A stretch of DNA of 64,000 nt, from IMG/VR virus record IMGVR_UViG_3300032312_001958; one strand, 5' to 3'. The position numbers were made by a program, and so were the translations under genes. Under the pieces are notes generated by a model that saw only the letters and a list, made by a program, of their open reading frames with translations, was not told the DNA's origin and searched no databases. Shown piece after piece: positions 1 through 8,668 of the stretch. This DNA comes from a virus (lineage: Duplodnaviria; Caudoviricetes). How positions within the stretch are numbered: position 1 is the first letter of the stretch; each line of letters starts with the position of its first letter.

Positions 1-709
1 GAAAATTTTAGGTCCAAAAGATTCAGGTAAAGGAATACTGATAGAAATGGATGCGGGATATATCTCACCGACAGAGTCTCGTAACTTGGCGGTAATACAA
101 GAAAGTAAATTGGCTTTAGACTATTCAAAACCTTTTGAGTTCTATGCTGTTTTACAAAAATATAATACACCAAACAGAAATGGTAGAATTTATCCTGAAA
201 AAATATTAAAAAGAGAAGTTGAAAATTATAAAAAAAATTATATATCAAAAGGAACCGCTCTTTCGGAATTAAACCATCCTGAATCATCATTAATCGATTT
301 AGATAGAGTTTCTCATATTATCACTGAAATGTGGTGGGATGGACATATACTACTTGGTAAATTAAAACTTTTAACATCCCCTGGATTTCACGAAAGAGGA
401 ATTGTGTCAACAAAGGGTGACCAAGCGGCCAATCTTTTAAGACAAGGAGTTACATTAGGAATATCATCAAGAGGTGTCGGTTCATTAGTTAAAAAAGGTG
501 AACAGAATGAAGTACAAGAAGATTTTGAATTAATTTGTTTTGATTTAGTTTCATCACCATCTACTCCAGGAGCATATCTTTTCCAAGACATGGCTGATAA
601 ACACAAGTACGAAGAAAATTTACAAGAAGAACAATTACAAAAAGCTGAAAGGTCAACAACAAAATCACTTGATTTAATGAAAAAACTTAACGATTATTTA
701 TCAAAATAA
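1..709 (+). CDS. gp21: Prohead core protein protease (T4 gp21-like), 5' end cut by the window edge
   Basis: Motifs NRNGRIYP, ELNHP and GISSRGVGS, plus FDLVSSPS. The frame is open upstream of 47 (KILGPKDSGKGILIE from position 2), so the true start lies just outside the window. Sits upstream of scaffold and MCP. Confidence 0.92.
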   Translation, partial: KILGPKDSGKGILIEMDAGYISPTESRNLAVIQESKLALDYSKPFEFYAVLQKYNTPNRNGRIYPEKILKREVENYKKNYISKGTALSELNHPESSLIDLDRVSHIITEMWWDGHILLGKLKLLTSPGFHERGIVSTKGDQAANLLRQGVTLGISSRGVGSLVKKGEQNEVQEDFELICFDLVSSPSTPGAYLFQDMADKHKYEENLQEEQLQKAERSTTKSLDLMKKLNDYLSK

Positions 710-715
710 TTTATT

Positions 716-931
716 ATGGAAATGGACGAAAAATATTTTGTTGCAAAAATTCAGTACGATTTACCCGATGAAAATTCAGGTAAAATAAAAAAAGTAAGAG
801 AAGAGAAATTAGTTAAAGGTTACAACGTCACAGATGTTGAGGCTAAAGTTACTAAAGCTTATGAATCATTCTCTTATGATTGGAGAATTACATCAGTCGC
901 TGAAAGTAAGATTGATGAAATTTTCGAATAA
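716..931 (+). CDS. Small conserved protein, DUF4494-like
   Basis: KYFVAKIQY...GKIKKVREEKLV...TDVEAKV...I.EIF resembles the Bacteroidota DUF4494 pattern as I recall it. Confidence 0.55.
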   Translation: MEMDEKYFVAKIQYDLPDENSGKIKKVREEKLVKGYNVTDVEAKVTKAYESFSYDWRITSVAESKIDEIFE

Positions 932-952
932 GTATTAATTTTTAAAGTTTAC

Positions 953-979
953 AAAAAGGAGGGGAAACCCTCCTTTTTT
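953..979 (+). terminator. Rho-independent terminator with GAAA loop
   Basis: aaaaaggaggg-gaaa-ccctccttttt followed by a T tract. Confidence 0.85.
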
Positions 980-1034
980 ATTTTATTTACATAATGTTGT
1001 GAATTTTTCTAAAGTGCCGAATATTTATCAAAAA

Positions 1035-2618
1035 ATGCAAAAAATGGCAGAAAATAAAAACTTAGTTGAAGAAGCGGTAATCCAATTAAAAAATTTGGAA
1101 GAAGCTATCAATGAAAACGCAAAAGAAATACTTGAGTCAACAATGAAGCAAGAAATTAGCGAGCTAGTAAAGGAGTCTTTAAAAGAGGCTGACGAAGAGG
1201 AAACTGAAGATTTTGAAGAAGAGGATTTCGAAGAATCCGAAGAATCAGAAGAAGAATCTGATGAATTTGAAATGGATGATGAAGAAGATTCTGAAGAAGA
1301 ATTTGATGAGTTTGAAATGGAAGATGAAGAAGATTTTGAAGATGAAATGGGACAAGATGATGAAGTTATTGACTTCACACAAATGCCTGATTCTGAAGAA
1401 ACTCAAGATTTATTATTAACAGTTTTCAAAAAAATGAAACCAGAAGATGAGGTTGAAATCCAAAAAGACGGGGAGTACGCACATTTGAAAGACGGTGACG
1501 ATGAGTACCTTATTTCAATGAACGAATCTCGTGAAGAAGAAGACGATGATGACGATGAAGAATTCGAATCAGAGTTGGAAGAAACTATCTATGAAATTTC
1601 TATGGACGACGAAACAGGCGAAATGGAAGAACAATGGCAAGCTTTGGCGGCTGATATGGCAATTGCCGCAGCACCAGTCATCGCTGACAAAATGTTTGGA
1701 GACGATGAAGAAGAATTGGAAGAAACTATTTATGAACTTCACATGGATGATGAAGATGATGAACTTCCTTCTCCTCCAAAAGAAGAAAGACCTGGTGGAA
1801 TGTTCTATGAAAGAGACATGGATTTTGAGTATGAGGAAGAAGAAGAAGACGACGACGAATACGGAGAATTACCTATGGACGATTTAGAAGAAATGGATTA
1901 TCAATCTGAAGAATATACAGAAGAAATGATGCATGAAACTACTAAACCAAAAGTTGGTAAGGGTGGTAAAATCGGAAAACCAAAATTCTCTTACAAGAAA
2001 ACTGCTGGTGGATTTAAAGAAAAAATGAAAGCCGCTAATCCTACAAAAGGTACAGGTAAACCAAAGTTTGAATACAAAGAATCAACTGGAAAGATGAAGA
2101 AAGGTGAATTTAAAGAAGCTTCTCGTACATTAGGTTCAGGTTCAAAATTCAGAAAAGGTGGTCTACCAAAACCAAAAGCTCATTCAGCATTCAATATTAA
2201 TATTGAAGAACATTATTCTTTGATGGAAGAAGTAGAAATGTTGAGAACTAAAAATGAAGAGTACAGAAAAGCTTTGAATATTTTCAGAGACAAACTTAAC
2301 GAAGTTGCTGTGTTCAATTCAAATTTAGCCTACACTACAAGATTATTTACTGAACACACAACATCAAAACAAGAAAAAATAAATGTTTTGAGAAGATTTG
2401 ATTCTGTGGAAACACTTAAAGAATCTAAAAATCTATACAAAACTATTAAGGACGAATTATCATCAACTACTAAAGGAAAAATAACTGAGTCAATAGAAAA
2501 AGTTATGGACAACGAACCAGTAATTACAGGGTCGGCTCAAAACTTAATTGAATCTAAGACTTACGAAAATCCTCAGTTTATGAGAATGAAAGACTTAATG
2601 ACAAAAATAATAAAATAA
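1035..2618 (+). CDS. Prohead core scaffolding protein (gp22-like), very acidic
   Basis: Lies between protease and MCP. Long D/E-rich region and C-terminal coiled coil. ATG at 1035 or 1044 is more likely than GTG at 999. Confidence 0.75.
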   Translation: MQKMAENKNLVEEAVIQLKNLEEAINENAKEILESTMKQEISELVKESLKEADEEETEDFEEEDFEESEESEEESDEFEMDDEEDSEEEFDEFEMEDEEDFEDEMGQDDEVIDFTQMPDSEETQDLLLTVFKKMKPEDEVEIQKDGEYAHLKDGDDEYLISMNESREEEDDDDDEEFESELEETIYEISMDDETGEMEEQWQALAADMAIAAAPVIADKMFGDDEEELEETIYELHMDDEDDELPSPPKEERPGGMFYERDMDFEYEEEEEDDDEYGELPMDDLEEMDYQSEEYTEEMMHETTKPKVGKGGKIGKPKFSYKKTAGGFKEKMKAANPTKGTGKPKFEYKESTGKMKKGEFKEASRTLGSGSKFRKGGLPKPKAHSAFNINIEEHYSLMEEVEMLRTKNEEYRKALNIFRDKLNEVAVFNSNLAYTTRLFTEHTTSKQEKINVLRRFDSVETLKESKNLYKTIKDELSSTTKGKITESIEKVMDNEPVITGSAQNLIESKTYENPQFMRMKDLMTKIIK

Positions 2619-2644
2619 ACAATTAATAAAAAACCAAAAATAAA

Positions 2645-4474
2645 ATGGGAGCATTATTAGAATCAGGTCTTGTTGGTAACATCGGTCTTAAGCACCTTAA
2701 AGTTATCAAAGAAGATACTATTAACAAATGGGACAAATTAGGGTTCCTTGAAGGTCTTCGTGGCCACCTAAAAGAAAACGTAGCGCAATTATATGAGAAC
2801 CAAGCGTCTCAATTAATTAACGAAGCTACTGCAGACGGAGCATCAGGTTCTTTTGAAACTGTTGTATTCCCGATTATCAGACGTGTATTCTCTAAATTAT
2901 TAGCGAATGAAATCGTTTCTGTACAAGCTATGAACTTACCAATCGGTAAATTATTCTACTTTGTACCTAAAATCCAAGGATATACAGGTGGTACAGCTAA
3001 CCAATCAGGTGAGCACTATGCACCTGTAGGAGCACCTGGTAACTACCCTGGTGACCCAAATGCGGGATACACAGGAGCAAATGCTTACGCTAAAAACCTT
3101 TACGATTTATTCTACGAAGGTAATGAAGCGGCTCTTGACCCACCTGGATTATTTGACTATTCAAAAGGTCGTTGGACAGCGATTACTGCAACTACTGCGG
3201 TTCAAGTTTGGTCTAACGGAGCTTTAACTGATTCAGCTATTGTTGCTGGTGAAAACAGAAGAGTTATCTTAAAAATTACAGGTTTCCAAATGAGTGGTGT
3301 TGGTAAATTAATCGCTCCTGATGGCTCTGAAGTTGATTCTGAGACATTCTTGTCTGATTTAAGAATTTTCCCAAGAGGATTAAACACTGCAGGTTCAAAT
3401 GGTTTATCTGCGTCTACAAACTGTGCAATTACTAACGCTACTACACCATTGTTGTTTAGATTAGTAACTCAACAATATGGTAAAGGTATTGTTAGCCCAA
3501 CTTCTACATTACAAGGAACTACATGGCCTTCAAACGGTGGTGGTTCTTATGACAACATTTGTGACCAAACAGGTGCTATGTTTATTGAAGTTGACTTACA
3601 GTGTCCAGTATGTGTAAACTGTGGTCAAACAACTCCTGATGGATATTCAGGTACTACTTTATTCTCAGGAAGTTCAGGTTCTTCATTCTTGTCTATCTAT
3701 AGAAGATATGAAGAGTTAGAATTTGAAGACAAAATTGGTGAAGTTTCTTTTGATTTAGAATCTGTAACAGTTTCTGTAACTGAAAGAAAGTTAAGAGCAC
3801 AATGGTCTCCTGAATTAGCTCAAGACGTTGCGGCATTCCACAACATCGACGCTGAGGCGGAATTAACAGCATTGTTATCTGAACAAGTTGCGGCTGAAAT
3901 TGACCGTGAAATCTTACGTGATTTACGTAAAGGTGCGGCTTGGAACTTACGTTGGGATTACAATGGATGGAGAAGAATTGCTAACACAACTTCTTACACT
4001 CAAAAGGATTGGAATCAAACATTGATTACTGCAATTAACCAATTGTCGGCTCAAATTCACAAGTCAACACTTCGTGGTGGAGCTAACTGGATTGTAGTTT
4101 CTTCTGAAGTTTCAGCAATTTTTGATGACTTGGAATACTTCCACGTATCAAATGCGTCTCCTGAACAAGACCAATACAACATGGGTATTGAAAGAGTAGG
4201 TACTTTAGCTGGTCGTTACCAAGTTTATCGTGACCCATACTTCCCAGCAAACCAAGTGTTGATTGGACATAAAGGTACATCTTTATTGGATACTGGATAC
4301 ATCTACGCTCCATACGTACCACTTCAGTTGACTCCAACTATGTACAACCCATTCAACTTCACACCTATCAAAGGTATCATGACACGTTACGCTAAGAAGA
4401 TGGTTAACAACCGTTTCTACGGACGTATTACAGTTGACGGTGTACGTACATTCGACTTACAAGAACTTAGATAA
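2645..4474 (+). CDS. gp23: Major capsid protein (T4 gp23-like) with central insertion
   Basis: VSVQAMNLPIG, RKLRAQWSPELAQD, DAEAELTALLSEQVAAEIDREI, YAPYVPL, GIMTRY. Confidence 0.97.
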   Translation: MGALLESGLVGNIGLKHLKVIKEDTINKWDKLGFLEGLRGHLKENVAQLYENQASQLINEATADGASGSFETVVFPIIRRVFSKLLANEIVSVQAMNLPIGKLFYFVPKIQGYTGGTANQSGEHYAPVGAPGNYPGDPNAGYTGANAYAKNLYDLFYEGNEAALDPPGLFDYSKGRWTAITATTAVQVWSNGALTDSAIVAGENRRVILKITGFQMSGVGKLIAPDGSEVDSETFLSDLRIFPRGLNTAGSNGLSASTNCAITNATTPLLFRLVTQQYGKGIVSPTSTLQGTTWPSNGGGSYDNICDQTGAMFIEVDLQCPVCVNCGQTTPDGYSGTTLFSGSSGSSFLSIYRRYEELEFEDKIGEVSFDLESVTVSVTERKLRAQWSPELAQDVAAFHNIDAEAELTALLSEQVAAEIDREILRDLRKGAAWNLRWDYNGWRRIANTTSYTQKDWNQTLITAINQLSAQIHKSTLRGGANWIVVSSEVSAIFDDLEYFHVSNASPEQDQYNMGIERVGTLAGRYQVYRDPYFPANQVLIGHKGTSLLDTGYIYAPYVPLQLTPTMYNPFNFTPIKGIMTRYAKKMVNNRFYGRITVDGVRTFDLQELR

Positions 4475-4493
4475 TCTTATCTAATGTGAATAT

Positions 4494-4522
4494 AAAAAGG
4501 TCAGATTTCTCTGACCTTTTTT
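4494..4522 (+). terminator. Rho-independent terminator after MCP
   Basis: aaaaaggtcag-atttct-ctgaccttttt. Confidence 0.85.
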
Positions 4523-4549
4523 ATTATACAAAATTTTATAAACGGACAT

Positions 4550-4571
4550 AAAAAAAGGGACAAAGTCCCTT
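4550..4571 (-). terminator. Terminator for the convergent minus-strand gene
   Basis: Minus strand reads aagggac-ttt-gtccctt followed by a T run. Confidence 0.7.
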
Positions 4572-4592
4572 AAATTTTATTAATTAATTATT

Positions 4593-5351
4593 TTAAGATA
4601 AACTGTTCATAATGTTTTCAATTTTAGAAGCACTTCCTGAAACCGCACTATTTCTTCTGGATTGAATTGCCACTTTTTTAAGTTCAGATATGGATGTATT
4701 ACCTTTTGCCACTTCCTCATTAATCTCATTTGCAAATTTTTGAAAGAATCCTGAGCCGTTCCAAGACGCATATATAAAATGAAATAATAATGAATTACTT
4801 TTCATAACAATATTTTTAGCCTCCGGAGATAAGTATTTATCTGCAAGTTTGTTAAAATGAGGTTCCATAATTTTAACTACTAAATCTATTAATCTTTGTT
4901 CTAAATTACCCCCTCTGTAATAACGTTTCCAAACTCTTCTATCTTTATTTTTATCTATTAAATTCCAAAATTCAATACCAGAATTACTGGTATTTAATGT
5001 TCCTCCGTGTTTCCTATCAATTCCAAACATAGTTTCACCTGAGTCACCCATTCCTGACGATTTGTGCCATTGTGGGTTAAAGTACCCACCTTCTAATTTA
5101 TTAATAACTAATTCAGTCATTTTTTTAAAATCACCTGATATAGTTCCAAATGAATTATCTGAACCATTATTGGTAAATGTGTCAGAAGAATTATCCCCAT
5201 CTTTTTTTGCAAATCTACCCCCAATTCTTTTCTTTACTCTATCAAGCATTGCTTGTATGAACGAGTCACCAACAATGTTACTATCATTTTGTTCAGTGAT
5301 ATTATAATTGACAATTTTTTTTAATTGTTCTTCTGTGACTTTAATTTTCAT
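4593..5351 (-). CDS. GH108-like lysozyme/peptidoglycan hydrolase with N-terminal leader
   Basis: VINKLEGGY...GDSGETMFGI matches the EGGY/G.T.yGI signature of GH108 muramidases. Starts MKIKVTEEQLKKIV. Confidence 0.65.
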   Translation of the reverse strand: MKIKVTEEQLKKIVNYNITEQNDSNIVGDSFIQAMLDRVKKRIGGRFAKKDGDNSSDTFTNNGSDNSFGTISGDFKKMTELVINKLEGGYFNPQWHKSSGMGDSGETMFGIDRKHGGTLNTSNSGIEFWNLIDKNKDRRVWKRYYRGGNLEQRLIDLVVKIMEPHFNKLADKYLSPEAKNIVMKSNSLLFHFIYASWNGSGFFQKFANEINEEVAKGNTSISELKKVAIQSRRNSAVSGSASKIENIMNSLS

Positions 5352-5418
5352 ATCTTATCTCCAAATTTTTCATAGAAATATCATTTTTTTCAGATTCTGA
5401 AATAATTAACTTTTCCAT
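5341..5418 (-). pseudogene. 25-aa mini-ORF or collapsed gene consisting only of a leader peptide
   Basis: My translation: MEKLIISESEKNDISMKNLEIRYEN*. Preceded by TATTTAT-N5. Not in the ORF track. Confidence 0.5.
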
Positions 5419-5421
5419 TAT

Positions 5422-5634
5422 TTATAAATATCTAATAAGTACAGAAATAAATTCCGACTCTGATAAATTATAAATACCTTGTTTGTAGGAATAATTTAGT
5501 ATACGTTTAACTAAATCTTTTTTTTGAGAATCAGTTAAGTTCCGAATTAAAGGAGATAAATCTTCATTTGGATTATAATTTATTGTATCAAAAATTGTTT
5601 GATTTGATGTGTTTTCTTCATGAGTATTATCCAT
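5422..5634 (-). CDS. Hypothetical protein
   Basis: ORF; ATG at 5634 (MDNTHEE) preferred over TTG at 5673. Confidence 0.6.
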   Translation of the reverse strand: MDNTHEENTSNQTIFDTINYNPNEDLSPLIRNLTDSQKKDLVKRILNYSYKQGIYNLSESEFISVLIRYL

Positions 5635-5672
5635 ATATGATATATTTATATAAATAGTAATATTACTTAACA

Positions 5673-6977
5673 ATGAAAGAAACCTATTTAATAAAAAAAA
5701 TCAGGGAAGTTTTAAAAGAAACTAGTTCAAGTTCGGCAGCAGGAATTTATAATATGCCATTAAGCCCCGGTTTAAGAATATGGAAAAAGAAACAAATGGG
5801 TGCGTTCACAGAAAAATTAAATGGGTATCATAACGCTGAGTTATATGTTGACGCATTGGATGGTAATATCGATACTAAAAATGCTGAAGAAAAAGAAAAA
5901 GTATCTGAAAAAATATCTAAATATTATGGGATACACTCATCTCAAAATGATGAAGATGGTGATATATTAAATGATTTTTCAGGTGACATAAAAGAGGCAA
6001 CTGCGGGATATGAAGGTGAATATACTCCTCCGTTGACTTTTGGTAATATCGATTGGGACAACCACGTGTTGGCTCCATTTATTGACCACTCAGGACATCA
6101 TCACAATACTAAAGTAATTAAAAAAGAAGTTAAAGGTAAAATCAAATCCAAAAATAGTGGGTATGTTGAAAAAGACCATCCAAATAAAGGAAAACATAGT
6201 CGAATAATTACACCTAAACAAAATGTTGTTAATGAAGACTTAGCCGTTTGGTTTGGTAAAAAAAAGAAACCAAAAGGTAGTAAACAACCTAAAGGTCCTT
6301 GGGTGAATATATGTAAGAAGGTTGATGGTAAACACCCTCCTTGTGGAAGACCTAAAGCGAGTGACAAAGCGTACCCAAAATGTAGGGCAGCGGGAGTTGC
6401 TGGTAAAATGTCCGATTCAGAAAAAAGAAACGCGTGTCAACAAAAAAGAAGAGCTGAAAAAACACATCCTAAAACAGGTACTGGAAACAAACCTAAAATG
6501 GTTTCTCACAAAACAAATGAAAGTATGTCAAAAAAAATTAAAATAACAGAATCCCAATTAAAAAATTTAGTAAATTTTCTTAACGAACAAACCACATTAC
6601 CAATAACTCTTTCATGTATGGAACCCGATAATCCGAGCTCACCAGGTGTACAATTTAAAAACCTAAGTTTTGTAAATAAATCAACAAAACAAGTTGGGGA
6701 CAAACAAGAAACAACTTTTATTTTTGATAAAACAAGTATGGAAGTTTATAAACAAGAATCAGGACAACAAAAATTCACATTAATTAAAATTGAAAATCCT
6801 GAGTTATCAGATGTACTTGAAAAAAAAGGGTTTAAAAATGCCTCAAGTTTTAATTTCTTAAAAACATACCACTTAAATAGAAAGTTTTATTGCGGGGTTT
6901 TCTTTAATAAAGATAATGATTCGTCAGATACTTTTGCTAAAACAAATAATCTTGTTTCAATTAAAACAACGAAATAA
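5673..6977 (+). CDS. Multi-module putative internal head protein with a basic Cys-containing domain
   Basis: Segments separated by x-x-E sites. Contains EDLAVWF...WVNIC...PCGR...YPKC, a motif seen in other large viruses, and an internal leader KKIKITESQLKNLV. Confidence 0.55.
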   Translation: MKETYLIKKIREVLKETSSSSAAGIYNMPLSPGLRIWKKKQMGAFTEKLNGYHNAELYVDALDGNIDTKNAEEKEKVSEKISKYYGIHSSQNDEDGDILNDFSGDIKEATAGYEGEYTPPLTFGNIDWDNHVLAPFIDHSGHHHNTKVIKKEVKGKIKSKNSGYVEKDHPNKGKHSRIITPKQNVVNEDLAVWFGKKKKPKGSKQPKGPWVNICKKVDGKHPPCGRPKASDKAYPKCRAAGVAGKMSDSEKRNACQQKRRAEKTHPKTGTGNKPKMVSHKTNESMSKKIKITESQLKNLVNFLNEQTTLPITLSCMEPDNPSSPGVQFKNLSFVNKSTKQVGDKQETTFIFDKTSMEVYKQESGQQKFTLIKIENPELSDVLEKKGFKNASSFNFLKTYHLNRKFYCGVFFNKDNDSSDTFAKTNNLVSIKTTK

Positions 6978-6979
6978 TA

Positions 6980-7240
6980 TTATTTAGTTGTTAAAGAATC
7001 TAATTTTTGTAAATCTTCATCACTTACAAAATACAGACCGACAAACTTGTCAAATTCACTCTTAGGTAAGTTTTTAAGATACCTTGCCAATGTTTGTTGA
7101 GAATACCAATCATCTGAATGTACTTCTTGTGGTTGAGTTACACACGTTTTTGTGTTCTTAGAACATTCTTTGTTTGTAACACAAGAAGATAAAAATACTA
7201 TTGATAATAAAACAAAAAAGAATTTGATTGATGATTTCAT
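6980..7240 (-). CDS. Small lipoprotein
   Basis: Basic N-terminus, hydrophobic core and lipobox LSSC. Confidence 0.7.
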   Translation of the reverse strand: MKSSIKFFFVLLSIVFLSSCVTNKECSKNTKTCVTQPQEVHSDDWYSQQTLARYLKNLPKSEFDKFVGLYFVSDEDLQKLDSLTTK

Positions 7241-7312
7241 ACTTATAAATATTTAAGTTTATATTGTAAAGTTACATCAAAATTATTGTTCTACAAAATA
7301 TTTATTAAAAAA

Positions 7313-7705
7313 ATGAAAGTCTGTTTAAAATACCCAAAGAAAACTTTAACTAATAAAGAACTAACAATCCTTGGCGACTTTATAAATTTATTGCAAAAAA
7401 TCATGCCACTTTCAGGTGAAATAAAAATCATGTTATTAAATAAAAGGGTTGGTAAAATGACAACAGGTTCTTATAAAAAAAGTAACCATATTATTAAAGT
7501 TTTAATTAAAAATAGATTACTTGCAGATATGTTAAGAACCTTGTCACATGAATGGGGACACGCTTTTGATAATGAACATATTAATTTTGAAGATAGGAGA
7601 GAGGTTGGAGGTAAGTCTGAAAATTTTGCAAATGCAATATCAGGAGCCGTAACCAAACACTTCATCAAAAAAAATCCTCAAGTTGAGGATATTATTTTTG
7701 AGTAA
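7313..7705 (+). CDS. Zn-metallopeptidase-like protein (HExxH)
   Basis: LRTLSHEWGH with downstream E.fAN. ATG at 7313 preferred. Confidence 0.65.
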   Translation: MKVCLKYPKKTLTNKELTILGDFINLLQKIMPLSGEIKIMLLNKRVGKMTTGSYKKSNHIIKVLIKNRLLADMLRTLSHEWGHAFDNEHINFEDRREVGGKSENFANAISGAVTKHFIKKNPQVEDIIFE

Positions 7706-8104
7706 TTAATTACAAATTTTAGAATAGATAGTCTCTAAAGAATGTTTGATTTGTACATCTAAATCTTTTTCCATCTGTAAAGCCCTTTCTTCCATCTCTT
7801 TTTTGAAAAAGTCTTTTAATTTTGACCAATCAACATCAGGTAGTTTAATAAAATAACTATAAGTATGGTTAGTAATTGTTACCTCACCATCTTCCATAGT
7901 GATAAAAATACCATATTGCTCGTTTTTAATATATTTTTTACGAGAAATCGGGGCAATTAACAACTCAGAATTAGGATTGTGAATCAATCTTCGACAAATT
8001 GCGGTACATTGATTTATACGTGTCCTTTGAAGTTTTCTAAGTTCACTTTCATTGATACTTCTAACAAAAATTTTGTAACGGGCAATTAATCTTTTTAGTG
8101 ACAT
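7706..8104 (-). CDS. Hypothetical protein
   Basis: 132-aa ORF with its own candidate promoter. Confidence 0.65.
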   Translation of the reverse strand: MSLKRLIARYKIFVRSINESELRKLQRTRINQCTAICRRLIHNPNSELLIAPISRKKYIKNEQYGIFITMEDGEVTITNHTYSYFIKLPDVDWSKLKDFFKKEMEERALQMEKDLDVQIKHSLETIYSKICN

Positions 8105-8124
8105 TTTTTATTTATTTATGTCTA

Positions 8125-8155
8125 CAAAGATATTACAAAAATTTTAATTTAACAA
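8125..8155 (-). promoter_or_regulatory. Bacteroidota-type housekeeping promoter candidate
   Basis: Minus strand TTG-N20-TATCTTTG matches the -33/-7 TAnnTTTG consensus, 20 nt before the ATG at 8104. Confidence 0.45.
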
Positions 8156-8667
8156 TAAGGTGATGAACATTTTTTCTTACCATCTAAACCTGGCATTCTT
8201 CCTTTACATACTTGTACGGCATAACCGTTAGCGTATGCTGATGGATAAACTTTAAATTTAGATTTTGCGGCTGATTTACCACGAGAACAAAGTTTTGTTC
8301 CTGACTTTTTACGACCTTCATTCATTTGATATAACGCCAAGGCTTCATCAGGGTTATCAATCGCCATTGACATGTCGTCTAAAACATTGTCATTTTCCAT
8401 CATATCGCCATCATCTATATTCATAGACAATTCCATACCATCTTTTTTCGTTTCATTCATTAGAAAGTCAAATACTTGGTCCATATTGTTTTTTGCCTCA
8501 GCAATATGGTCTTGAGCCCAATCATGACCATTAGATAGAATCTCTTCAACCATGTTACGGTCTAAATCTAATAATAAGTCACATTGTCTTCTCATTTGTT
8601 CTAAATTACTGAAAAACATATATCTTTCAGATTCTTCTTTTAAAATTTTTTTAATTAATTTTTCCAT
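8149..8667 (-). CDS. Putative internal head protein with C-terminal KFKVYPSAYAN domain (DUF5872-like)
   Basis: Leader MEKLIKKILKEE. C-terminal AKSKFKVYPSAYANGY motif is common in large viruses. Confidence 0.55.
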   Translation of the reverse strand: MEKLIKKILKEESERYMFFSNLEQMRRQCDLLLDLDRNMVEEILSNGHDWAQDHIAEAKNNMDQVFDFLMNETKKDGMELSMNIDDGDMMENDNVLDDMSMAIDNPDEALALYQMNEGRKKSGTKLCSRGKSAAKSKFKVYPSAYANGYAVQVCKGRMPGLDGKKKCSSPYC

Positions 8668-8668
8668 A

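Noticed and set aside
388-2512. Antisense and alternate-frame ORFs (388..606, 1028..1378, 1213..1419, 1531..1887, 2330..2512)
   Set aside because: Shadows of the low-complexity acidic scaffold and protease genes, with no independent motifs.
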